A stretch of DNA of 64,000 nt from Candidatus Rifleibacteriota bacterium (GTDB taxonomy: Bacteria; Muiribacteriota; Ozemobacteria; Ozemobacterales; Ozemobacteraceae), in contig JAQVCG010000002.1 of NCBI GenBank assembly GCA_028689875.1, forward strand, positions 3,086-67,085. Reading direction: 5' to 3'. Position 1 is the first letter of the stretch. Every line of letters starts with the position of its first letter. A program made the position numbers and the translations under genes. The notes under the pieces were generated by a model. The model was not told the origin of the DNA. It was given only the letters and a program-made list of their open reading frames with translations, and made no database searches. This document shows, in pieces, positions 55,715 to 64,000 of the stretch.

Positions 55715-55951
55715 ATGGGCTCAATTTTTGTTCTGACTGGAACATTAATGCTAATGTACAGCTTGATAATAATAGTTGGGGAAAGCTTAAAAGATGATTT
55801 GTTTAATGGTATCGCAGCATTATTGCTATACCCGATTTTTGTCTTCTACTATCCCTTATCTATAAACTATAAAAAAGGCCACAGAGCAATGTTTATTGGT
55901 ATCTGTGGCTTTTTAGTTCTTATTATTGGTCGAATAATCGGCCTAGAATAA
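55715..55951 (+). CDS. small hydrophobic protein (78 aa, 3 predicted TM helices)
   Basis: An ORF with RBS AAAGGAG 6 nt upstream of the ATG. It is entirely hydrophobic apart from short loops. It is convergent with ptrB. Confidence 0.3.
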   Translation: MGSIFVLTGTLMLMYSLIIIVGESLKDDLFNGIAALLLYPIFVFYYPLSINYKKGHRAMFIGICGFLVLIIGRIIGLE

Positions 55952-55954
55952 CAT

Positions 55955-58075
55955 TTAAAATTTTATCCCTAAGATTTTAAATATGAATGAATATTCGAAA
56001 GCTATTTCTTTAAGGTAATCATATCTGCCGGAGGCACCGGAATGACCGGCCTTCATATTTGTTTTAAGTATAAGTGCGTTGCTGTCGGTTTTTAATTCTC
56101 GCAATTTTGCCGTAAACTTTGCCGGTTCCCAATACGAAACCCTTGGATCATTAAGTCCTGCTGTTATTAACATGTTAGGGTAGTTTTGCTTGACAATATT
56201 GTTATAGGGCGAGTAAGAAAGAATATAATCAAAGTAGTCTTTATCATTTGGGTTTCCCCATTCTTCATATTCTTCTTTTACTAGCGGTAAAGACGGATCA
56301 AGCATTGTATTTATAACGTCAACAAAAGGAACGTCTGCAACTACGATTTTAAATAGATCAGGACGGGCATTAACAACAGCACCCATTAAAAGACCGCCTG
56401 CGCTGCCTCCGTTTATGACTAATTTATCCTTTGATGTATAACCGTTTTCGATAAGAAGTTTTGCACAAGTTATAAAATCATTGAATGTGTTCTTTTTCTT
56501 TAATAGTTTTCCATCGTTGTACCAAGGCCTTCCAAGTTCTTGTCCTCCTCTTATATGTGCGATAGCATAAATAAACCCACGATTCAGAAGTGATAATCTT
56601 ATAGAAGAAAAATAAGGGTCAGATGATACGCCATATGCTCCATATGAGGTGAGATACAAAGGGAAAGTTTCTAGTTTATATTTTTTTGCTAATTCTTTGT
56701 GGTATACCAAAGATATCGGAATAGCCATGCCGTCATCTGCACGAGCATAAATTCTTTCTGCTCTATAGTTCGATGGGGAGAAGTTTTTGTCTAACACTTC
56801 ATTTTGTTTTAACAAAATTGACTTCTTATTATTAAAATCATATTCAAACACTGAGTCCGGAGTTGTGAGAGATTGGTAGTGATATCTTAATACATTTGTT
56901 TTAAATTCAGGGTTTGCGCTTAAGTAGAAACTGTATACGGCTTCATCAAATGTAATTTCTTGAAATGATTGATTTGCTATTTCGTAGTATTTAAGTCTTT
57001 TTAAACCATTTTCAACTTCAGTAATAATTAAATGATCTTCAAATTCTTCAAAATCTTCTATCATTACGCCACTTCGAGCCGGTATAAATTCTTGCCATTT
57101 ATTATGAGCGGGCTCTTCAACTTTTGTTTTCATTACTTTAAAGTTGATTGCGTTTTCGTTAGTGATAATATAAAAATAGCCCTTATGATGAATCAGACCA
57201 TATTCAATGTCTTTGCGCCTTGGAGAAAAAATTAAAAATTCTCCGGTCGGGGTTAAAGCGTCTAAATATCTTGATTCTGATGTTCCTGAACTTGAAGATG
57301 ATATTATTAGATATTTTCTGTCTCTGCTTTTTTCTATTCCAACCCAGAATTGTCCATCATTTTCTTCATAAACGGTAACATCTTCTGAAATATCAGACCC
57401 AATTATATGCCTGACTATTTTATATGCGCGCCCGGTTTTATCCGGAAGTGTGTAAAAAACTGTCTTATTGTCTTCTGCCCATTGTATTCCGTATGTGGTT
57501 GAAGATATTGTTTCGGGATATAACTCGCCGGTTATTACATTCTTGAATGCTAACTCAAACTTTTCTGAACCGCTAAGATCAATTGAATAAGCTAAAATAT
57601 CATGCTTTGGGCTAATACTTAAGCCGCCCAAAGCAAAATAAGGTTTGTCCTGTGCATATTCATTTTCATCAAATAAAACTTCTTCAAGAGAATCATTGCC
57701 TATTTTTTTTCTGCAATGGATTTCATACTGTTTTCCGGCTTCTGTTTTGGTGTAATACAAGTATTCATCGACTTTTTGAGGAACAGATAAATCAGATTCT
57801 TTTATTCTGCTTTTCATTTCTTCAAATAGTAATTCTTGAATGTTTTCAGTATCTTTCATGAAATCTTGTGCATAGTTATTTTCATCAATCAAATACTGCA
57901 TAACATCTTTGTCACTTCTATCTCTGAGCCAAAAATAATCGTCTGATAACTCAATACCATGCACTAACTTTTTGTTTGGTATTTTTTTCGCCCTCGGAGG
58001 CTGAAATGCATTAATAACGGAATTGCTCACAAGAATAATGCTTAATACTAAAAGTAAAATTGCCTGTATTTTCAT
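55955..58075 (-). CDS. ptrB: S9A-family serine peptidase, oligopeptidase B / prolyl oligopeptidase-like, secreted
   Basis: A 706-aa ORF. It has a signal peptide MKIQAILLLVLSIILVSNSVINA, an N-terminal beta-propeller region, and a C-terminal alpha/beta hydrolase with the nucleophile motif GGSAGGLLMGAV. His (HSGASGRYD region) and Asp (GLNDPRV) are in the expected order. Confidence 0.8.
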   Translation of the reverse strand: MKIQAILLLVLSIILVSNSVINAFQPPRAKKIPNKKLVHGIELSDDYFWLRDRSDKDVMQYLIDENNYAQDFMKDTENIQELLFEEMKSRIKESDLSVPQKVDEYLYYTKTEAGKQYEIHCRKKIGNDSLEEVLFDENEYAQDKPYFALGGLSISPKHDILAYSIDLSGSEKFELAFKNVITGELYPETISSTTYGIQWAEDNKTVFYTLPDKTGRAYKIVRHIIGSDISEDVTVYEENDGQFWVGIEKSRDRKYLIISSSSSGTSESRYLDALTPTGEFLIFSPRRKDIEYGLIHHKGYFYIITNENAINFKVMKTKVEEPAHNKWQEFIPARSGVMIEDFEEFEDHLIITEVENGLKRLKYYEIANQSFQEITFDEAVYSFYLSANPEFKTNVLRYHYQSLTTPDSVFEYDFNNKKSILLKQNEVLDKNFSPSNYRAERIYARADDGMAIPISLVYHKELAKKYKLETFPLYLTSYGAYGVSSDPYFSSIRLSLLNRGFIYAIAHIRGGQELGRPWYNDGKLLKKKNTFNDFITCAKLLIENGYTSKDKLVINGGSAGGLLMGAVVNARPDLFKIVVADVPFVDVINTMLDPSLPLVKEEYEEWGNPNDKDYFDYILSYSPYNNIVKQNYPNMLITAGLNDPRVSYWEPAKFTAKLRELKTDSNALILKTNMKAGHSGASGRYDYLKEIAFEYSFIFKILGIKF

Positions 58076-58083
58076 TTGTCTTA

Positions 58084-59982
58084 TTACTCCAAGTAGGTAT
58101 AGCCATACAGACCGGAACGATAAATTGCCAAAAACTCTTTTCCTTCGTTAACAGTAATTTTCCCTTCTTTTACTGATGCAGAAACCCAAGTTTCCATCGT
58201 TCTTACTAGTTTTTTTGCACTGAACTGAACATAGTCTAAAACGTCAGAGACAGTTTCTCCCTCAATGATTTTATCAATATTAAATGAGCCATCATTGTTT
58301 TGGGTAATGTGTACGGCATTTGTGTCACCAAAAAGATTATGCATGTCTCCTAAAATTTCTTGATAAGCTCCAACGAGAAAAACGCCAAGGTAATAAGATT
58401 CGTAAATTTTAAGTGAGTGAAGAGGAAGACATGGATTAAAAGTTCTGTTTCCGATAAATCGATCTATTTTACCGTCAGAATCACAGGTAATGTCTTGTAA
58501 AGTTGCATTCTGGGTTGGTTTTTCATCCAAGCGGTGAAGCGGTATAATTGGGAAAAGCTGATCAATTGCCCATGCATCCGGCAAGGATTGGAACAAAGAA
58601 AAATTACAGAAATATTTTTCTGCCAGAATTTTTTCTAATTGAGTTAAATCGTCAACAGCATGCTTTGAAAGTTTTGCCATATCCTTTATTTCATGGGCAA
58701 TGCTCCAAAATAGTTTTTCGACTTTTGATCTAACTATAAGGTCAAGCATTCCTAAGCTAAAAAGGTCTAACGCTTCTTCTCTTAGTTGTACGGCATCGTG
58801 CCATGCTTCAATCATTGTTAAATCTGTTAAAGAGTCTAATATGGTGTGCATGTCTCTGACGATTTCATGATCATCTTTTGTAATCTCAAACTCTTCATAA
58901 GGAGTTCTTGGAGGACAGGTTGTTTCAAGAACATTAAAAACTAATACAGAGTGATGAGCTGTTAATGCTCTGCCTGATTCAGTAATTAAATGAGGATGCG
59001 GAAAGCCATTTTTATCTGAAGCATCTTGTAGTGCTGATACCGCATCATTAGCATATTCTTGAATGCTGTAGTTTATACTGCTTGAGATTGTGGTTCGAGT
59101 GCCATCATAATCAACTCCCAAGCCGCCGCCAATATCGACATACTCAAGGTTACAGCCTAACTTTCTGAGCTGAATATAGAATTGAGCAGCTTCTTTAAGG
59201 CCTCGCTTAATTTTTCTAATATTTGTAATTTGACTTCCCAAATGGCAATGAATTAGTTTAATGCAATCAAGCATATTTTCAGACTTCATGTAGTCAACAG
59301 CCTCAATAAGCTCATTCGGGGTAAGGCCAAATTTGCTTTTATCTCCTCCCGAATCTTCCCACTTTCCACTTCCAAATGCTGCTAATTTAATTCTCATGCC
59401 CACATTGGGTTGGACTTTATGTATTTTTGAAAGCTTTACTATTAATTTTAATTCATTGAATTTTTCGGCAACAATAAATATGCGCTTTCCCATCTTAGTT
59501 GCTAGCAGTGCCAGTTCAATAAATTCTTCATCTTTGTATCCATTGCATATTAGAAGAGCATCAGGATTCTCCATTATGGCTAAAACGGCATGCAATTCAG
59601 GTTTTGAACCTGCTTCAAGACCTATATTGAATTTTTGGCCATATCTGACTATCTCTTCTACAACAGGGCGTTGTTGATTTACTTTTATCGGGTAAACAGT
59701 ATAATAGTTCCCGGAAAAATTATATTCGTTTGAGGCATTCTTAAAGCATTTTGATATTGTTTCAATTCTTTCATCAAGAATTTCAGGGAATCTAAGTAAA
59801 ACCGGGCAAGAAACATCTTTTAAGCTTAATTCATCTAAAATATCTTTGATTGCAATTGCTTTTTCGGGGTCGCGATGAGGCATTACAGTAACATTTCCGT
59901 CTTTATTTACTCCAAAATAACCAATTCCCCAACCTTCAATATTGTAAAGTTCTGAAGAATCTTCAATCCGCCATTTTCTCAT
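58084..59982 (-). CDS. speA: biosynthetic arginine decarboxylase (PLP-dependent, fold III)
   Basis: A 632-aa ORF. [21 protein letters not shown] parallels E. coli SpeA [36 protein letters not shown] (the PLP-Lys region YPIKVN) is present. [34 protein letters not shown] and [12 protein letters not shown] all match the SpeA pattern from memory. Confidence 0.9.
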   Translation of the reverse strand: [632 protein letters not shown]

Positions 59983-60051
59983 CGCAAACCTCCATAAAAT
60001 TATTCACAAACTGAGGCTAACATACTAGATAGTATTTAATGAAATTTCAAC

Positions 60052-60090
60052 AAAAAAAAGCAGCTTTATCAAGTTAAAGATAAAGCTGCT
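60052..60090 (-). terminator. rho-independent terminator of the minus-strand ECF sigma / anti-sigma / TPR operon
   Basis: A perfect 12-bp stem, AGCAGCTTTATC (60059-60070) pairing with GATAAAGCTGCT (60079-60090), has an 8-nt loop. An A-run at 60052-60058 becomes the 3' U-tract on the minus strand. Confidence 0.65.
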
Positions 60091-60105
60091 TTAGAAATCA
60101 AGTAA

Positions 60106-60711
60106 TTATTTGTTAAGTGAAATTATTTTTTTATACAATTCTTCTGCTTTTTCGAGGCGATTGTTCTTTTTGTAAATTTCTGTGAGTTTCAGCATTAGTC
60201 TTACGGTTTCGCTTGGGAAATCTTTTTGATATTCAGAAATTCCTTTTTCGAGAAGAGCTTCAGCATCTTTGTCTTTATTGTTTTTCAAGTAAAGCATTGT
60301 TATGTGTTCATAAACGGGTATTATATTTCTTATTACCCTTGCGCGTTTCTGAGTGTTTTCATTAGCAAAGTCTTTTGATTTAGAATTAAATAGTTCGATT
60401 ATTTTATATAATTCTGCTGCTGCTTCATCAATTTTACCTTGACCTTCATAAATCTCTGCAAGTCCGCGATGAGCTTCAGCAGTTGCAAGAGTTTGGTTCA
60501 TTTTGTGTTTCATTTCCATCATTTCAGGGTTTCCTGGTTTGATGTGTTTGTTCGGTGGATAATCATTATGCATCTGACCGTTTTTAAAAAATGGGGGTTC
60601 AGGTTCTTGGTTTTGATGCATCGGAATTTGACCAAAGGCCAATGAAGAAGTTAATAAAAGAACCGCCAGAATTAGAATTTTAGAATTAGCCGTCATAGTT
60701 TTCCTCCTCAA
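60106..60711 (-). CDS. secreted TPR-like protein
   Basis: A 201-aa ORF. It has a signal peptide (ILILAVLLLTSSLAFGQ), a Met/His/Pro-rich segment (MHQNQEPEPPFFKNGQMHNDYPPNKHIKPGNPEMMEMKHKMNQ), then 3-4 TPR-like helical repeats. Its start overlaps the anti-sigma gene end. Confidence 0.5.
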   Translation of the reverse strand: MRRKTMTANSKILILAVLLLTSSLAFGQIPMHQNQEPEPPFFKNGQMHNDYPPNKHIKPGNPEMMEMKHKMNQTLATAEAHRGLAEIYEGQGKIDEAAAELYKIIELFNSKSKDFANENTQKRARVIRNIIPVYEHITMLYLKNNKDKDAEALLEKGISEYQKDFPSETVRLMLKLTEIYKKNNRLEKAEELYKKIISLNK

Positions 60712-61243
60712 GATTAATTTGGTAAAAATTTAGGTCTTCACTAGAATCTAACGAATAAAAATCAGATATTTCTGATTTTTGATTCTCGAAAAAATTAAGG
60801 TTTGCATAGCTGCTTTCGTTTATAAAGCTTGGAATGTCTTTAATACTACTTTCAAAGACTATAAACGGCGGTATTTGGGGAGAATTATTAAACGCGTTTT
60901 GTTTAGATTCATTTCTCATTTCAACTATGGCAAGACCGCAAATAATAGATAAGCCAAACACTAACCCGTATTTTAGGCCTGAAAGATAAGTGCTTAAGAG
61001 GCTTTTATTTTCGTTAATAACAACATTTTCCTTTTTAATAATTGATTCAGGAAAACACTTTTGAGGGGCGTTTAACAAGGAAAGCTCCTTAATGCCATCA
61101 GGAGAAGTAAGAAGGAGGTTGTCAAGCCAAGTATTGCAGGTTTTGCACTCATTTAAATGACTTTCTAGGGCTTTTTCATCTTGCTCTGAAAACGTTGATT
61201 GATGTGCGCTATTTAATCGTTTACGGAATTCTTCACACTTCAT
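60686..61243 (-). CDS. anti-sigma factor with N-terminal zinc-finger motif (ZAS-like) and one TM helix
   Basis: A 185-aa ORF overlapping the ECF sigma gene by 11 nt. HLNECKTCNTWLD (H-x3-C-x2-C) lies within the first 45 aa. A TM helix (GLVFGLSIICGLAIV) is followed by a short extracytoplasmic tail. Confidence 0.55.
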   Translation of the reverse strand: MKCEEFRKRLNSAHQSTFSEQDEKALESHLNECKTCNTWLDNLLLTSPDGIKELSLLNAPQKCFPESIIKKENVVINENKSLLSTYLSGLKYGLVFGLSIICGLAIVEMRNESKQNAFNNSPQIPPFIVFESSIKDIPSFINESSYANLNFFENQKSEISDFYSLDSSEDLNFYQINLEEENYDG

Positions 61244-61769
61244 TGGTTCCTACCTCCTTTTCATTAAATCTTGTCCAAATTTCTGAAAAATGCTTCCTAG
61301 CTCTGTATAATACTATTTTAGCGTTGTTTTCATTTATCTCTAGAACCTCTGCAACATCTTTTAAAGGCAAATCATCATGGTACACTAAGAGCAATATTGT
61401 CCGCTCTCTTTCATTTAAAAGATTTAGAACTTTTTCAACGTCTAATTTAGTATTTATAATATTAGTTTCGGCTTCATTGTTTTTTATTAATTCATTTGGA
61501 CTAATTTCTTTGTTCTGTTTAATTATTCTCAGTGAATTTCTATACATTATCTTGTATAACCAAGTTCGGAACTTTGAGTTTCCTTTAAAACTTGCAATTG
61601 CTTTGAATGCGGCAGAAAAGGTGTCTTGAATAGTGTCTTCTGCCATAGTTCTGTTACCTAATATACGAAATGCATTAGAGAATAAGAAATCGGCATGATT
61701 CGTAAAAAGGTTTTTAAACCCTTCTTGTCTTCCTTGTTTCGCTAGTTTTATCGCTTCTTCATCGTTCAT
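61233..61769 (-). CDS. ECF (group IV) RNA polymerase sigma factor
   Basis: A 178-aa ORF. Region 2 reads EDTIQDTFSAAFKAIASFKGNSKFRTWLYKIMYRNSLRI. Region 4 HTH reads LPLKDVAEVLEINENNAKIVLYRARK. Confidence 0.75.
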   Translation of the reverse strand: MNDEEAIKLAKQGRQEGFKNLFTNHADFLFSNAFRILGNRTMAEDTIQDTFSAAFKAIASFKGNSKFRTWLYKIMYRNSLRIIKQNKEISPNELIKNNEAETNIINTKLDVEKVLNLLNERERTILLLVYHDDLPLKDVAEVLEINENNAKIVLYRARKHFSEIWTRFNEKEVGTNEV

Positions 61770-61849
61770 GTAATATTAGAGGTGGCAAGTTCACAATTGG
61801 TTACAAAAAATACTTGCTCGGCTAAAAGATTTACTGTATAAATACGCAC

Positions 61850-63589
61850 ATGTCAAATAAACTTATTAAAAAGCGTTTTAAACAGTTCTCTAAATGGTCT
61901 GCCTTAGCTATTTTCTTGTTCATAATTGTGTTTTTGCACATGAAGTTTGGTAAGCAAGCGAGGGATAGTTTCTTTTTGTTTTCCGGTGGACTTGGCATGT
62001 TTGTCTATGGCATGAGCATGATGAGTATCAGTTTACAAGTTATTGCAGGTAATAGCTTAAAAACCATTATTTCTACGCTAACAAAAAATAACTTTTTTGC
62101 TATGTTAACCGGGATTGTAATTACTGCAATTATTCAAAGTAGTTCTGCTACAACTGTTATGGTTGTGGGTTTTGTTAATGCAGGATTGATGTCTCTTAAA
62201 CAAGCCATCGGCATAATACTTGGTGCTAATGTCGGTACAACGGTTACTGCGCAACTTATTGCTTTTAAACTGACTGATATTGCGTGGCCAATATTGGCTA
62301 TCGGAAGCGCATTAGTCTTTATGGCTAAACGCAAAAACAATAAAGCCATAGGAGAAACCTTGGTAGGTTTTGCCTTATTGTTTTTAGGAATGAAATTTAT
62401 GGGCGAACCTCTGCTTGAATATAAAGAGCACGAAGTGTTTAAGCAAATATTTATTTCATTCTCAGAGAATAGATTCCTGGGGGTTCTTGCCGGACTCTTA
62501 GTGACGCTGTTTGTGCAAAGTAGCTCAGCAACAGTTGGCTTAACTATGAGTTTAATAGGGAGCGGAGCTTTTGGATCTGACCCGTTTGTGGCTCTGATGT
62601 CTGCGATTCCGATAATTATGGGCGACAATATTGGAACCTGTATTACAGCAATTCTTGCTTCTATAGGTACAAATACAAATGCAAGAAGAGCAGCACTTGC
62701 TCACTTATCATTAAATATGTGCGGAACTATTTTGGTGCTACCTTTCCTTGACCGTTACTGTAAACTTATTGCATTAACTTCAAATGATTTAATGCGGCAG
62801 GTGGCTAATGCTCACACTGTCTTTAATGTCGTTATTGTTTGTATTTTTTTACCTTTAATTGAACAATTAAAAAAACTGATTTTGTTTATAATCCCAATTT
62901 CAGAAAATGAAGAAATTCACTTATCAAACCTTGATAAACGTTTCCTTCAAGCGCCTCCAATAGCTCTTGATCAAGCGGAATCTCATTTGAAAATTGTAGC
63001 TGATGTTGTTAAGAATAAAATAAATATTATTCTTGCTGTCCTTAGACAAAAACCAACTAATAATGATGAAATTATTGAAGAATATGCAAGATTTGAGGAA
63101 TACTCTAAACAGCGAAAACAGATCGGAAAAGACTTAAATCAGTTCCTAATTTATTTAGCTCAAAAAGAACTTTCTGATGAGATGAGCCGCGAGGTTACCA
63201 GATTGATATACATAAACAAAGATCTTGAAATATTAGCCGCACAACTCAGCAAGTTTATGGGAGTATTATTTGAACAAGCAGAAAAAAATATTATGATTTC
63301 AGAATCCGGAAAAGAAGAGTTAAACATATGTTTAACAAGACTGAGCGAAATATTTACTGCCTTAATAAGCTTTAAAAATCTGACAGATAATCAATCAGCA
63401 GATATTTCTTTGATGATAAACACACAAAACCTGCTTATTTCTGAGGCAAGAAATTCATTGGTTTCACGAATCAGATCTTCTGAGCACAGTCCCTATGAAA
63501 GCATTATCTTGCTCGATTCTTTACGAAGCATGGATAGCTTGTTAAGTTCAATGCGCTATACTTTCGATCATTTATTCTATAAATTCTAA
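61850..63589 (+). CDS. Na+/phosphate cotransporter family protein (NptA-like) with C-terminal PhoU-like regulatory domain
   Basis: A 579-aa ORF. Duplicated Na/Pi-cotransporter signatures read IQSSSATTVMVVGFVNAGL...ILGANVGTTVTAQLIAF and VQSSSATVGLTMSLIGSGAF...IMGDNIGTCITAILASIG. The C-terminal ~200 aa are helical and soluble. Confidence 0.75.
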   Translation: MSNKLIKKRFKQFSKWSALAIFLFIIVFLHMKFGKQARDSFFLFSGGLGMFVYGMSMMSISLQVIAGNSLKTIISTLTKNNFFAMLTGIVITAIIQSSSATTVMVVGFVNAGLMSLKQAIGIILGANVGTTVTAQLIAFKLTDIAWPILAIGSALVFMAKRKNNKAIGETLVGFALLFLGMKFMGEPLLEYKEHEVFKQIFISFSENRFLGVLAGLLVTLFVQSSSATVGLTMSLIGSGAFGSDPFVALMSAIPIIMGDNIGTCITAILASIGTNTNARRAALAHLSLNMCGTILVLPFLDRYCKLIALTSNDLMRQVANAHTVFNVVIVCIFLPLIEQLKKLILFIIPISENEEIHLSNLDKRFLQAPPIALDQAESHLKIVADVVKNKINIILAVLRQKPTNNDEIIEEYARFEEYSKQRKQIGKDLNQFLIYLAQKELSDEMSREVTRLIYINKDLEILAAQLSKFMGVLFEQAEKNIMISESGKEELNICLTRLSEIFTALISFKNLTDNQSADISLMINTQNLLISEARNSLVSRIRSSEHSPYESIILLDSLRSMDSLLSSMRYTFDHLFYKF

Positions 63590-63663
63590 TCTGTAAAAAT
63601 ACTGCTTGATACTACTTTGCGCAAATGTTATTGTTGATTTAATCTAATAATAGGGTGAAACAA

Positions 63664-64000
63664 ATGAATGATGCTCAAAATCTATTGAATTTGAAAGAGG
63701 TATCACAACTTCTAAAAATTAATCCTGAGGTTTTGAGAAGATGGTTGCGAAACGGGAAACTCAAGGGTATTAAAGTGGGAAGTGATTGGCGTGTATACTA
63801 TTCTGATTTACGTGTCTTTCTTAATCAGCCCTTAACAGTTTCTTCTGAATCTCGCAATGCTCAAACTGCTGATAATACGCCTAAAATGTGTATTAGATTT
63901 CCAAAATGGCTGGAGTTTTCCGGGTTGCCTTTATATTTCAATGAAACCTATGGTCCTGAGACTTGGCCAATTTTTAAAAAACTTATCGAGCTTGATTTTG
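63664..64000 (+). CDS. N-terminal fragment of an ORF that continues past the window end, with excisionase/MerR-type helix-turn-helix at its N-terminus
   Basis: MNDAQNLLNLKEVSQLLKINPEVLRRWLRNGKLKGIKVGSDWRVYYSDLRVFL matches the excisionase-family DNA-binding domain pattern (L.v.EvA.~L.vs..tl~rw~~~G~lp~~kvG~~wr~~~~dl~~~l). The ORF continues past the window end. Confidence 0.45.
   Translation, partial: MNDAQNLLNLKEVSQLLKINPEVLRRWLRNGKLKGIKVGSDWRVYYSDLRVFLNQPLTVSSESRNAQTADNTPKMCIRFPKWLEFSGLPLYFNETYGPETWPIFKKLIELDF

Noticed and set aside
1-64000. Searched by eye for CRISPR arrays, long direct repeats, rRNA/tRNA genes, IS-element inverted repeats, reverse transcriptase motifs
   Set aside because: I found none. 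The only tandem repeat is the in-frame 15-nt x5 repeat at 22563-22637. The three hairpins with U-tracts are ordinary terminators.

Overview
This is a densely coded, low-GC (roughly 38-40% by eye) chromosomal segment with about 55 protein-coding genes. I found no rRNA or tRNA genes, no CRISPR array, and no obvious transposase or integrase. Prepilin-type leader peptides, lipoprotein signal peptides, TPR proteins and two ECF-sigma/zinc-finger anti-sigma pairs suggest a diderm, non-enteric lineage; the phylum is not callable from the sequence alone. Well-supported housekeeping genes include: ettA; a second ABC-F ATPase; recN; speA; an oligopeptidase B; two paralogous M3 oligopeptidase A genes; deoD-type nucleoside phosphorylase; a PdxK/ThiD-family kinase; truC- and rluA-like pseudouridine synthases; a rhomboid protease; a Na/Pi cotransporter; and a very large hybrid histidine kinase. 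The accessory-looking modules are below.
- Glutamate mutase/methylaspartase operon: a complete glmS-glmL-glmE-mal operon (34.2-38.7 kb) is extended, with 1-4 bp spacing or overlaps, by an AtuA-like DUF1446 gene, a DUF4387 gene and a P-loop kinase-like gene (38.7-41.4 kb). No class-I-fumarase-type mesaconase or citramalate lyase is in the window.
- Pilus / type II secretion-like operon: a GspE/PilB-type ATPase, two tandem GspF-like platform genes, three short prepilin-leader proteins and a HEAT-repeat polytopic membrane protein (46.6-52.7 kb). It is flanked by the two oligopeptidase A paralogs, each translationally coupled to an integral-membrane hydrolase (DUF457 or rhomboid).
- Second pilin-like module: a 770-aa N-terminally anchored protein, an ECF sigma/anti-sigma pair, two pseudopilin-like genes and a LysM protein (28.4-34.0 kb).
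- Three large proteins of unknown function at 3186-5684, 20394-22649 and 28424-30736.
All functional calls rest on motif and architecture recognition from memory of the families. No database search was possible.
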